Positions 1 through 13,111 of a stretch of 64,000 nucleotides of DNA are shown here, in pieces; within the stretch, counting starts at the first letter, position 1, and every line of letters begins with the position of its first letter. Made by a program: the position numbers and the translations under genes. The stretch lies in the NCBI GenBank assembly GCA_004022145.1, contig RCNU01000006.1. One strand, given 5' to 3'. The DNA is from Paecilomyces variotii. Lineage: Eukaryota. The notes under the pieces were generated by a model. That model was not told where the DNA came from, did no database searches, and was given only the letters and a program-made list of their open reading frames with translations.

Positions 1-3000
1 CGCGCCTCCTACATCACCAAATGGCATTCGAGAAAAGGAGTGATTAAATACAACCTGCACGAGGCGCAAATGATCTCGCTTCGAACGGCATCCAGAACGT
101 TGTGGTCCTTGGCGAGGCTGAACCACAGGAAACGTGGTAAACGACGTCTTGACAGCGGGAGCGTAAGGAAATGATGAGCCTAGTTACCCCACACGACGGA
201 TAATGACGATCTGTGATTTCTCTCAATTTGTCAAGGCAAGTCCACTTGGATGCAGAAAGGGAGCAGGAACCAATGAGACTGCCGTAACAAGCGAGATTCT
301 GCCATGATGCTTAACTAGACTCGCCAACGAGCTGAGTCCAAGTAAATAGTGCACGAAGCTGATAATCTCATCGGGACACGAGACAGTCATGACCATGGGA
401 CTAGTGTCGCAAGGCTAATGATGCGTAAAAAAGGCCCGGCGCCAAGGGTATCCGATAGATAGGGGCTTGTTTCATAGTCATCGGAGAAACGATGACATTT
501 CCGTGAGTTTCGGTGATTGATAGTCTGGATAACAACTTTCTCCTCTTGTTCCTGGAATGATTAAGGGGTAATAACCAGAAGCGAAAAGGATTTGGAATTC
601 GACAAGAGACCATCCGGCGACTCCGAAAGATTGACGATTTCTGGACGGCCGATGTTGACCAGGGTGCCAGACGACGGCGGAGTGGAGACAGCTGTCAACA
701 ACAGCACTATTGCTTTGCCTATTCGTACAGAGGATTATAGAAAGATCGTGACCCTAATTGAGTAAATCATGTAGTAACAGTAGCAGCATTGAGTTAGCAG
801 ATATGATCTTCTTGTGCAGGGGAGCCTGAGGCGGTCAGGGGAGAAATGGAGATGGTGGAGGAGGATAATTACTCCGTGGCACGGAGCACCCGCTATGGCC
901 CTGACGCCAGTCCGTGTTTCCCCTCCCCTGATGACAGTCTTGGCGACGGGTATCTGACAGGCCCACGTGGAAAACGGTCAAGCCATAATAATATGGCACA
1001 TATTATTGATGGCCCCTGCTCGATTACTCGGCCGTACGGGCAGTCCCCTGCCAGGCTTGTATGGTATGATCGTATGTAGTACGTCGTATAGATGGTCGTA
1101 TCGACTAAGTAGATGGCACGACCAGGATCATAGAAACCGATTCGCGTTGGGCGTCGCATCGCGCAGACTGGATCTCCCAGGGGTAGCGATGATTGCGGTC
1201 CTGTTGAGCGAACCAGGCGACGAGCTCGCGGGATCTGCCTCGGAACGGGAAAGTCGTTTCTTCTCCACGTTGGGGCGGACAACGTGCATCGTGGACTCCA
1301 TGGGGAGGGTAATCGCTAGTTCAAGGCAGATCAGCCATCAGTGCGTCCTGTGGTTGTTTTCGTTCTTCACCAGTGCCTGAGCAAGGCCTGTGCTCCAGTC
1401 CAATAGTATCCGCAGATCGATCAGGGCAATAATAACAGACAGGAATATTGTCAGGGCTAGCTTTGGCGACTAAGAACTTTAGATAGTCTAGTCTTAAGGC
1501 GTTTTGGACGGGCAACTTGAGTCTTGTCAAGTCTGAGCGGCAAGGCAAGGCAATACCTGCCTGAACAACAAGGCTGTCCAAGGCATCCATGTGGTCACTG
1601 ACACCGGCGTCCTTCTCGGGCCAAACTACCGGCACCGCTGCGGGTACGCTAGTCCCGAATAGTACTTAGCAGATCTGGCCACCGAGATCCTCCGCTGGCC
1701 AATCAGAAGGGTAGACACACTCGCCGTTCACTTAGCATCTGATGATCGACCGTGGCTGCAAGAGCGTTCGACGGCAACCAGGATGAGAGAGGCTGAACCG
1801 CTGAAGGAAGAGAACCCTGCAGATAACAACGACGATCGGGAGATCCTCCATCTTCCCATCGGTCTGCGAAGGCGTCTTATTTGATCAGGTATGTCGCAAC
1901 CACCAGCCAGAGGGATCCGCATATGATGGCCACGCACAAGCCTATCTACGCTCAAGTTATGGCCTCCACTGGCAGCAGTTATAGACAAGCTAATTAAATC
2001 ATCCCATGCTTCCCCGGATATAGGAAGCGATATTCGCCCAATCATCAGACCTGGTTTTTAAGTTCCATCGTGACAAATTCTCACTGCCGTTCTGCCCCCC
2101 ACCGTTCGACCGAAACCACACGGAAAGACTGGGCTAACCCATATCGAGAACATCGCGCGAGGCGTAACGTCTTTCTTCCCCCGTCGATCAAGCAGCAGCC
2201 CGAGAAAGCGGATGCGACCAGGACTAAGGGCAAGTCCATCGCTGTTCGTCTTGTTTTGCTCACGCCGGCGCCCCATCACGGATTCCACCGCTGCGGCGCA
2301 GGTCCTCAGCTTGTCGTCCGGGCGTTGGCACCGACATGACGGGTACGCAGAGCCCTGCGAGGAAACGAGATTTGGTATGAGTACGACTGAGGGAGTCTTT
2401 CTACGCTGTTGAACCTCGTATCACAGGTACGGTCTAACATGGTACTGATACCGCATGACTGACGGTCCATGGATCAGAGCAGGTCAGATCAGGCGCTAGT
2501 ATGATTTGGTAATGGAAGTAATTTATTTCTTTCCAACGAGAATGTCCTGTGGTTTCGACAGCGATATGAAACAGCCGTCCCATAACGGTCAACTGTTGAC
2601 CTCATTGTCTGGCAATAATAATAATACATAAGCGATATACTCAAAGACGTATACCTCCATACGGGTGGAGCCTAACATCAATTCCGGCCCATAATCTTTG
2701 AGAACAGCGCAGGACTCTGCCACACTTCCTCTCCAGTCTCTATCTCTCTGTCAGCGTCGCATAAGCATCCAGCCGAGCATTGATCGTTGATCGCACTCTT
2801 CTTCTCTCCACCGCCCCCTCTCTGGAGCCCTGGTTACCTCTTGGGCTCTGTACCAGTCGACGATCCGTTCTGGATCCAGAGAGTACTCTATATACAGTCT
2901 AACGGCGTGGCAACATGTTCCGTTCCTTGTTCTACAGTAATCCCAGCCATGATCCACTAGCAGACGGGATTGTAATCGCCATGGGCCATTCTCAGCGAGC

Positions 3001-4038
3001 GGAAAAGATTTACCTCGGCTCATTGACCAATCAGCGGTCAAGATCACCTCGCTTTTCTAGTAGCAATACTAAAACTGACCTAGAACCAGATCCCACGAAC
3101 AACAAAAGGGGGCACGGATCCAGTCACATCTCCGCTCAGAGAACGATGGACAAGAGAATTTACAAGCGATGATGAAGGGCAATGTAGCGACGGGGGATCG
3201 AGAGGCGACATATGGACCTGGTAAACGCCCAAAACTCGGAGACCCCGGTAGCACGAAAGCTCCGTTCCCCGCCCTCTCGTTGTTTTATGCCGAAAGTTGC
3301 GCAACGGCTTTTTTTATAGATAGTGAAAGTGGATTTTGCACCCTGGGCCGATGCCTTCAACTCCACCCGACAAGTGGACCGTTAGCCTTGACTAACAACC
3401 GCTAAGAATCAACAGGCCAGTCAAAAGATCATGTTGGCGAGAGTCGTGCAGGGGTGGTAAATGTCAGATGGCCGGTTTCATTTAGGGACACTCTTGAAAA
3501 GTTGTTCCAACGGTGTTGAGCCTGGAACAAATCGACCTTTTCTTTTTTTTCTTGATTCCTTTCCCTCTTTCCAGGGCTTTCTCTCTCTTCCGCTGATAGC
3601 GGAAGAGAAAAATCGGAGGCGTTGGAAATTCTTAACGAGATAAACCGGATTTTATCTATCGGTACGATTATCTCGACTTTTCCATGCATTTTCATTTCAA
3701 TCGAAGTCAAGATGTGGGGGGTGAAAAACAACAACGGTAAATAATAATAATAACCATAAACAATTCAAATTAAACTCAAACCCAAAAAACCAGAACAGAC
3801 CCCAAAAACGACCACTTCTAAGACTAAATCGTGACATTTGGAATTATTCACGTAGGGCTAGTGGTTGTAGCTAACTAGCACCTGTACCTGTGCGGCACAG
3901 ATGGCCTCCTTTTTCCGGGAGCGTTACTTACTTACTTAGCCCGCGCGTCACTACTGGTTACTACTGAAGAGGGGTCAGGGCATTCGGGGGGTTCGGGGCC
4001 ATGACTTTCCCCCGCTTTATGAAATTCAATGGTAAGTA

Positions 4039-4326
4039 CAGTAAACCCTCTCTATAACGAACCTAGCTATAACGAACTGGGTCGCCCCACTTTTATCGTC
4101 CAATAGGAGCTCCCTAAATATTCGTTATATCATGGTATAACGAATATTTTCACTTACCCTGCGCCCATATAAAATTGAAAAAAATTCGTTATAGCGTGAA
4201 ATCTCTCTTCTGATTGGCTAGATCCCCACGCTATACCATTTTCAGTATGAGTGCTATAACGAATAAACACGCTATAACGAACAAAAATGCGTGTCTGAAT
4301 TGATTCGTTATAGCCAGGGTTTACTG
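4039..4326. mobile_element. Non-autonomous MITE, Tc1/mariner-pogo type, 288 bp
   Basis: 23-bp terminal inverted repeats: CAGTAAACCCTCTCTATAACGAA (4039-4061) versus the reverse complement of 4304-4326, CAGTAAACCCTGGCTATAACGAA (2 mismatches). TA flanks both ends (4037-38, 4327-28). Eight copies of TATAACGAA occur in both orientations. No transposase ORF. Confidence 0.88.
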
Positions 4327-4403
4327 TACCAAGTAAATAATGCATATTATTACCAGTTTAGTTGGGGGCTGGGAAGAAGCAGATATTATTGAGAGTGTGT
4401 GTT

Positions 4404-4450
4404 CATAGCCATAGCCATAGCCACAGCCATAGGTAGAGTAGAGTAGAGTA
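4404..4450. repeat. Compound microsatellite (CATAGC)n followed by (AGAGT)n
   Basis: catagccatagccatagccacagccatag then tagagtagagtagagta, read directly. Confidence 0.8.
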
Positions 4451-5582
4451 AAGACCAACTACAGTAACTAACTAATGAGGGGATGAGGGGCACGGATACC
4501 ATTTCCATCTGCATGTGTAATAATAATACTATAATCCAATGTACTCTACTGTAATTAATAAAATTAATGATGACGAATAATTACTTACTTACTTGCGATC
4601 ACTTCACTAAAACATCGACTTTGAAACGAAAAGTGAGAGATATTTCCTCTCACCAACGAGAAAACATAGTTACCTACGTACATGCAGCCCAGCCCGCAGC
4701 GTAATGCAGGTCGATTAAGTATCGGGGGCGGTGAAGGCTGCACCTCAGACCCTGCTTCCGTAGCGTGCGATCTGGGCTCTCCTCTCTTACCTACTTACAC
4801 TCTCTCTTTGGATTGGGGCCTGGGGGGAAATAAGAGAGATGGGCTTTTTTGCGATGCACAAATCGGATCCGCTGACCGATTGGAAAGTAGAGTGAATGGG
4901 GCATGGGATTTTTTTTTTGCCTCCCACCATCCCTTGCTTCGGGGCTCGTGTTGGCCTGCCGCATCGCCATGCCTTTGGGTTTAAATGGCTTACTCGACTC
5001 TTAACACTGTACACCGCAAATCAACGGGAGATACATTTGGAAAGTCGGAACGGTGGGAAATTCTACTGCAGATGTTCCAGGACAAGTAATCATGATAACG
5101 TATGTTTAGGTTATATTTGGTTTCATAATGCTATTGGTACAATGTCCTGGCGAGGCCAAGGAACAAAAAAGACGTTACAGGGTATTCGAGTCAAGAAGCG
5201 CTTTTGCAAACAAGGACATCGGACAGAAATAAACATAGGAAATAGACATAGGAAATATAGTAATAACTGTGCACAAACTGGGCTCAATATAAGAGGCAAC
5301 CAGGTAGCACAGATTAGACATCATGGTTCCAACAATCTTGGAACCAGACAGATATTCGCTCGCGACAACAGTATAGACTGGGGTATTCGAGGTCCTTTTT
5401 TCCAAGACCTATACAGTATATATCCAGACACAGAAAATATGTACCAACGGGCTAATGATCAGACACCGAGACCTCCCGAGTTTAATCATAATCATACCAC
5501 CAATATATGCGGGACAGTGAGTTAACTCCCTCCAGGCCAGACCCCATTTAGAACGCCGTGTAAAAGAAGACCCAATTGGAAA

Positions 5583-6554
5583 TCAATTCAGCAATGAATC
5601 GAGGCCCATGCGTGAGTCCCGACTCGGGGCGGCGGCTCCACATCGAGGCTCCTCCGAAGGTCCGGTCCAGGAATTCGATAGCGAGCTAGAGCGCTGGTGA
5701 GTGACAGGCGATGGCAAGCTAGGTCCCCAGCGCGGGAACAACGGTGCGTCCGCCCATTGCTCCGCAGTCTTGGTGTGTTCGTCGCGGAATTGCAAAGCAG
5801 GCAGGCTGCCCCTTCGTAGCTCTCCATAGCTGGAGCGGGTGTCGACAGGAAGGGGCAGGAGCTGCGGGGAGGGAAGAGTGCGGGGCGAAGCGGAAGAGAT
5901 GGAACTGCGGTCAGAAACCATCGATGGTGCGGTGCTTGATGCCTCAGAGAATGCTGGTGAGGTCATGGATGGCTCGATCGGACGGGCAGAAGCCGGGAAG
6001 GTGAAGATAGGCGACAGGCGGCGCGGGTTGTCCATGACGGTAGACTCTCTCCTCTCGTAGGAGGGCGAAGAAGCACCCGAGGGGATAGGCGAGAGGTTGA
6101 CCGAGGCAGAGTCAATGTTAATCTTGGGAGAAGTCGTCCAAGACAGACGCGGGCTGCGCATCGAGGCACGAGGGTAGGGCGCTTCGATTCTGCCACTGTA
6201 TGTTCGGGAGGCAGAGACAGGGACTCCTCTCCTCTTGCGGTTCATGCTGCCATTCCACCAGTTCTTGACTGCGTTATCGCTGCGGTTGCCCAATCGTCGG
6301 GCGATCTCAGCCCAGCGCTTGCCCATCTCGTTGACCATGCGCTCAATCATCAGTCCTTCCTCGTTGGAGATGGGCTCGTGGTTCAGAGAGGGCTTCAGGT
6401 TCTGGTGGAATCTCTCTCTGCATTGCTTGGGCGAGCGGTAGCGCATGTGCTGGGAAATGCGAACCCAGTTGTTGGGTCCTTGTTCGCGCACCAGCTGCAG
6501 AAGTGCCTGGTCCTCTTCAGGGACCCAAGGCCCACGACGGTGTGCGGGAGCCAT
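5583..6554 (-). CDS. flbD: Myb (R2R3-like) transcription factor FlbD, conidiation regulator
   Basis: Intronless 323-aa ORF. MAPAHRRGPWVPEED...NWVRISQHM...KQCRERFHQNLKP and WAEIARRLGNRSDNAVKNWWN are two Myb repeats closely matching Aspergillus FlbD, as is the C-terminus DSRMGLDSLLN. Confidence 0.95.
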   Translation of the reverse strand: MAPAHRRGPWVPEEDQALLQLVREQGPNNWVRISQHMRYRSPKQCRERFHQNLKPSLNHEPISNEEGLMIERMVNEMGKRWAEIARRLGNRSDNAVKNWWNGSMNRKRRGVPVSASRTYSGRIEAPYPRASMRSPRLSWTTSPKINIDSASVNLSPIPSGASSPSYERRESTVMDNPRRLSPIFTFPASARPIEPSMTSPAFSEASSTAPSMVSDRSSISSASPRTLPSPQLLPLPVDTRSSYGELRRGSLPALQFRDEHTKTAEQWADAPLFPRWGPSLPSPVTHQRSSSLSNSWTGPSEEPRCGAAAPSRDSRMGLDSLLN

Positions 6555-6580
6555 AGCTATGAGTTTGACTTGTAGGGTTT

Positions 6581-6739
6581 CTAGATTGGAGCTGGATGTT
6601 TATTAGCACTTTGTCCAAGGGTGTAGACACCGCCTCCAGTAGTGGCGAACTTCTGGCAATGTCTCCAGGCGAACCAGAATGCGCTGGGATTGCCCGAGCA
6701 GGGAGGGGTAGACGAGGGCCAAGGCAAGTTCGAGCTTAC
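6581..6739 (-). other. Probable 5'UTR intron of flbD
   Basis: Minus strand: GTAAGC donor at 6739, GCTAAT branch at 6607-6602, acceptor TAG ending 6581 (or CAG ending 6592), shortly before the ATG at 6554. Confidence 0.6.
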
Positions 6740-9700
6740 ATCAAGAATGTATGGTATGGACAAAGAATTCACTTCGAGTGTAGAGATGGATAGATGGGAT
6801 GGAGTTGAAGTGACAAATAGTCTGCAGGGAAGTGGGAGTCTAGAAGGATGTCTGGAAGAAAGGATTTGTCGGGGTGGAAGTCTGGAAGAATATATGGAAT
6901 TCAGAGGAGCAGGCGTCGAGTAGATATGCACACGAGAGGATCCCTTGGGAGGATGCAGCGGGAGGAGACTAACGCTTCGTCGTACCACGCTATGGGGAAA
7001 CAATTCCAGATCTCAGATCTTCGGCCTGACAGCTCTCAGCAAACAGAGTGGGTAAGGTATATCAAATCATTGTAGCTAGGGTGTGGCTGTTCGCGATAAT
7101 AATGCAGCCGCCATGGGATAGAGTGGACACAAGTGGGTTTCGCGGGTTGGCGGAAAAAGGGCTCGATGGGCCCCCAGATTAGCGTAACAAAAGGGTATTC
7201 CGGCCTCTGCTTTTCGGACCCATCTGGTACGGGCCAGGGTGATAAGGTGGTAACTTACTACCATACTACTACTAGTAGTAGTGACCCTGCTGCTAGAATA
7301 ATAGTACAATTGGTACAGTAGTTATCGCAAGATCGTGGGGATCCTAGCCCGAGTTGGTACGAGCACGACATAACTATGTATGTATCCAGAAATTCGCCGG
7401 GAACTGTATTATTTCTTACACCCTCCCCGTAATTTATATTAACCCGGGGCGTCTGGCACTCTGGGTCTTCTGGGTCTTGTCTGCTGGGTCTTCTGTAAGA
7501 ATTTGTCCGGCCATGACACTGTCGGCCACTCCGTCAGTCTAGTCTAAGTGACACGCCGTCAGCCATACACCCCTGCTTAGGTTGTACTGTACATCCCATC
7601 TATCCATGTGGAAATGGTTGTTTTAGGAGCCGAAAGTAGTGTACTCTTTTGAGGACTGAGCGTAGTTAGCAGTCCTAGAGGCGTTTTGGCCCTATGGGTT
7701 TCAGCTCTTTCGAATTCGGGCGTGTTTACGACACTTGGACCTCGTACGGGAACCTGACAAACAGGGAGGGATAAGTAGTTTACCATCATTGCTGTGTGAA
7801 TAATACAGAGCACTCGACTGGAGGGCGTAATTTACCGAGAATCATCATAATGGTAATATTAAAACAACAGCCGTCTTGCGCTGAAACATACCTCGGGATG
7901 CCGCGGTAATGGTATTGTAATAAATAAGTGGCTTGTGACTAGAGTGGCTCATGCAATATTCCCGAACTTCTTCGAGGCAGATCTGTCATCCGCTGAAACG
8001 ATCCCTACCTAGCGTCAAGATCGCAGGCCTCAATGAGGGGTGCACCATCGATTCATTGGCAGACAACTGCATACCAGAGCAGCAAGTCTGTTAGACCCAC
8101 TGGACATGCTGGCAAGCAACAATCGAGCTCAATTATTGTTATTGTTGACTTGTTGGGGTGTCATTCTGCGAAATATTATTACCTCGGATCCCTATCCGGG
8201 CGGTTCGCACACAATCGAGATCGTTACTCTTTTTGGGCCTTACTATGCTTGGCACTGTCAGCCAGCCATGAGAGCCAGCATCGCTCCACTGATACCTCAT
8301 CAACGCCAGTAATTCTTTGCTACTATTACTATCTGCTGTTAGATAGTTGACAGTACCTCAGGTATGGGGTCTGAGCCCCTTGAGGCTCAGGGGATTTCGC
8401 TCGGCCGGACGGTTGTTGTCATGATTGTCCCTTGGCTGGCGATCAGCTCTGCCCTGTGGCGCTTACGGAGATCTTACACAATACAATCTTCCTCATTCCA
8501 GAAGACCTTAGTTGACTATTGGCGCGCTTACGACACTTTCCAGATTGGGACAGACTCTCTCTTCCCTTCATACTCCTCTCATGACTCCTTGTGGCTTCAA
8601 CACAGAGGATTGCAGCTGTGGCTTATCAACGGATTCCCTTTCATTTCGATCATAGTCCAGACGCATAGTTTCATGATCAAGGTTTGCCGTTTCCTGTCTC
8701 CCACTTATTAGCCGCTCGTATCCTCAGCCGTGCAATTGTCGAATATCGCACAAGCCATAAACTGCGCCACAGATCGAATTGGATCTCATATTTTCTGATA
8801 CTTTATGACAATCCTGGATCGCTTGTCATGAGGCTTAACCATTTCTGGTAACGTTACATAACCGCCTTCTTCAGCTCTCCTGTTCAAACAAGCAGTAATA
8901 TACTTCTGCTAGCAGCGGTACCGCGCGGAACATATTTGTCACGCTTGGCGATCAAAATCTCCTAGTCGAAATTTTCCCCATCTTGCTCCTGACTCCAGGA
9001 AAGAAAACAAGCCGCTGTCAATGCACGTCAGTATCTGTCATCTGTCCAGCAGATCCATCGTCGCTCCTCCGCAAAGCCGAGTTGACGGACTTGACGTTTG
9101 GAACCATTCCTGTCAAAACAGCCTATGTACCGTATCGCCTGTCGGCTCGAGCCGCCAGTAGCCATCTATCCAGATCACCATATACAAACAAATGTCGAGG
9201 ACGTCACCACATATTGGTCCTACCGTCTTCCTCCAGAGCGAGTTGGGCGCATGTCGGTACTATAATTGTCTATTGGACACTTATCAAACACACCGCCCTG
9301 CTCATACAATCCCTTTTTTTTTATGGTTGCATTATCTGAAAACGGCCTGCAGGTCGCAAAGAAATGTGGTTCTCCCGGGGACAGTCGTTTCAGGAGATCG
9401 CCTCTATGATCTCCTCCGCGATTGGTATATCATAATTGTAGGACGCGTGTTTTCAAATGTGGGGATGGAGTGGAGCAGGAAGCAAGCAGCAGCAGAGTTC
9501 TCAAACGGTCGTTCCGTATTATTATACGCGGTGAACACCGATGCAAGATTTGTTCCAGATAACTTCCGATTAAACTCGTTCAGCACTTGAGCATAAAGAT
9601 ATTTTCTTTCAGGTCCTTAGATATATACCTTCTATATTCTGTAGCCGTGTCTGAAAATGGCCTCGGTGCGGTGTTCAAGACAAGCTCTCTTGTAGATACA

Positions 9701-12085
9701 TACTTCAACTGATTTCCGGGGAACTGACTGCAGCAGCAGCATACGATGTTACGTACAGACTACTATGTCGCCAAGTCATTGGAGGGGACCAATGCTTCCA
9801 AAACGAGCGTTGACGCTACTATGCGCGGTCAGGGGATAAGCGTCTATACACATTGCCCGTTTTTGGCATCTCGATAGAATTGAGTTTCAATGCTGACAAA
9901 AACTTCCTGATCTCAAGTGGGTCGGGCGTTTATATTACTTCCCCCGGTCTTGGAACGTTGACAAACTATAAGTGGTCGGAAGCCCACGCTCAGTTTTTTT
10001 CTATTAGTACTCCTTTGCGCTATGTCCTCCAGATTATTATTAGAGGCTACGTCTTATTATTATTATTATTATCAGGACGAGATAACTGGCCAGTAGTGTA
10101 CGAGAGTAGCGACATGAACTTGCACCACCTCGAGGATCCGGGGGGCTATTATTCATGACTTTGAGTGGGCAGCCACATAAACTTACCGGAAACCTGGGCC
10201 ATGGTCGATTCCCAAACCTTACCGGTTTCGACGCCAATAGTACGATATGGTCCCAAGTCTCGACCCCCCTCCCCTCCCCGATCTTCCTTTAAGGCTAGTT
10301 ATTGAGAGACGTCAGCCATCAGCACCTACCAGCAAGCGCACCCAAACTTACCTACCAGTGAGAGATCGTGTGGGGGAATTATTATTATAGGGGGACAGTT
10401 GCTTTGAGCTTGAGCTTCCCCCATGAAGCCACCTAAGTAGGAGATAGGCTCAATTGTGTCTAGTTATTATGTCTAATCCTCCGTCAGTGCGCAATCTGAT
10501 TGGAAACATGTCCACTTCAAGCTCAGACGGTAATGGTATATGGGTTAGCGTTGATCATTCGATCCCAAATTCCGCCAGCAAGGAACCTCCAAGCAGTCCG
10601 CGTCTGATAGTCGTATTCGATAATATTGACAGCCGTTACCATGATCAAGTTTTTAACTATGATCGTCGGGCGGGAAAAAAAAGGAAAAAGAAAAAAAAAA
10701 AACAGTGGCGGTGCATTTTTCTCCTCGGAACCTGCGAAACATATTGTATCAGGGATCGGCATTATTGAAATATTGATTGAAGTTTAAAACGAAACGGAAA
10801 TCGAGGCTGACGTTTTTTGTCATTATGGGTCCCTCAGCGGCTAAGTTAGTTAGTATGTGGCGGTGCGATGTTGTACTACAGTACTACTCTTAAGGCGAAG
10901 AAGAATAATACCATAACCAAACAGACACCAGCCTTACTAGTCTGAAATACGAGACGGACCGGCATGCTTCGATGGTTGTAAAGTATGGTACGTATGGAAT
11001 TTCCATCTGTGGCTCAACAGGACTTCTGTCTCAGCCACATCTTCACAATACCATACGGCCTGCCCGTTGGACCTATTTTATTTCCATGGTACAGAAAAGT
11101 GATATGGAAAGTTTACCCTCCCCGAGGCTGATATGTTGCGAACCATCGGAATTTTGGCATACGAAACACTGACCTACGTAGTACTAGACAAGGACCTAGT
11201 TCTGTTTTCCACGGAATCTATTGTCTTCGAAATTGGGCGGGCTCGTGCATCGCATCACTTCTGGGACAACAGCGGAATATCACTCAGAAAACCGTTCTCT
11301 GTCGTGAAGTTAGTTAACTACTTACCCATGATGCTTCCAAATCATGTTTCAATAATGGCATAGCAAGGGTCAGGGGTATCAATGTCGTGCACTGAGCCAG
11401 GCAGGGGGGGAAGAGGAAGATCGGACTGCGATCTCACGTGGAGAGCACGCCCGTGCTCGCGCCAAATATTAACGCTTGGACCAAAAATGCGGCACACGCC
11501 CTATAGGATGATCGCCGCCCTTATTCCAAATACCATGCAGAAACCCTCAGGGCTCCCTTATCGTGTGCAGGGGAGGAGTTGACAGGAACCGTTCGCTCCC
11601 CGATCCAGCATAGTCGACCGGCCTCACGGCTCTGGAGCGTGCAATCCCGTTGATGATCCTATGCAGGATGGAAGTGCCCCGAGCCGTTGGGTCCCAATCT
11701 CTGCGTAAAAGGTCTATCTATATCATATTTTCTCCCTTCTCGACGGTCCTCGACATCTTCCAATTTCGGTTCTTCTACCTCTTACTCCAGACTACCCTTA
11801 GGATATCAGAAAGATCAAGAGAACACAAGAACTCGCAGACTTACATCGAACTCTGGATGCCCGGCGTGTGGATGGCAGCTCGGGGACCATTCAGATTTCC
11901 CCATCAGGTTCCCGATTTGCCGGCGGCTTGAAGCGCCCTGCACTACTCGTGTAATGACAAATACTACATCCCAACCTTACTAGCGCCGCATTTGGCTCAG
12001 ACGCACTGGCCAACCAAACCCTCGGATCCCGCTTCGCTTAAATGCTCCTTGTCCCTATGAACGATGATAGGTACCTGCGATAGTG

Positions 12086-13111
12086 ATGTCTATGTCTTCC
12101 AATGAAACGTCGAGTCGCGGTGCGAACCCTGCCCTCGAGTCTGAAGTCATGGAGGATGGCCTGATCTGCCCGGCTTACAAGGATGTCGACGTCGATCGCG
12201 AGATCACCGAGCTTCTCCAGATTCCAAATGTCCTTTTAGTCCTTCGATCTGACCGAACTATTGAATTTTGTGGGCCAGATACCATCATATCGGTGACTCC
12301 GTCAGCGAAGGAGCCAACTCTCAACAGCTCGGGCTCTGCGTGTCGGTCTTCCCCCGCAGGCCTGCCGACTCTGCAAGAAGTGCTCTTAGAATGGGAGTAG
12401 TAGTAACTTTAAGCAGTTAGAGCTCTCAAAGGACTGTGATATGGGAAAGGATCCCCTTACTCCGTAGTACTGACCGGTTCCTAACGGCCCCACGCATTTC
12501 GAGTGCTTCCAAATCACTTTCGGGTTCCACCAGCCCTGCCAGCCAACAGAATAAGTTGATGACAAGGGTCTCGCTCTCAGGCCAAACGCCCGGAGAAACT
12601 CAATCTGGACGGTATAAACTCAATCTCAAAATGGTTCCCGGGGGAAAGGTACAGGCGTACGCACCCCGTCCCGGCCATCCGCTAACGGGGACCCTCGCAA
12701 CTCTGAAAGCCTGTGCAGAACGGATTTCCGATGTGCTCACTGTGCTCACTGTGCTCCCCGCTAGGACTCGTAGCGTCTGCGGGGACTTTTGGTGAAGTCG
12801 TCGAAATGACAGGTATCGTCACTGAATCCTCCCTTAGCTCTACAATCGAGATACTGCGGCAGGAAGCGGGGACTGATATTATTATTCCTGTGGACATCGC
12901 CGTAACGCAGGCAAGCACTAGCTATTTCCGGGCTCTCGCATTCTTGATAAGTGAGGATCCATCGACAGAAGGAGTAATGGATGTCGTAACTTGCGAAAGG
13001 TCCAGGGACCGGTGCAGCTTGATACGAGACCGCATGGGACGCCAAGCTGTTCCCGACACAGAAAAAGCAAGCGAGACCGATGACCATGACTTGTCCAGGC
13101 CGTTGATATGA
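12086..13111 (+). CDS. Putative three-exon hypothetical protein, ~285 aa (exons 12086-12396, 12504-12648, 12710-13111)
   Basis: Three consecutive ORFs join in frame through two introns with CTAAC branch points: 12397-12503 (weak GTAGTA donor, GAG acceptor) and 12649-12709 (GTACAG...GCTAAC...AAG). No recognisable domain. Confidence 0.45.

Noticed and set aside
4896..5525. 209-aa plus-strand ORF antisense to the flbD 3' region
   Set aside because: Non-protein-like composition, no domain, and it lies in probable UTR/terminator DNA.
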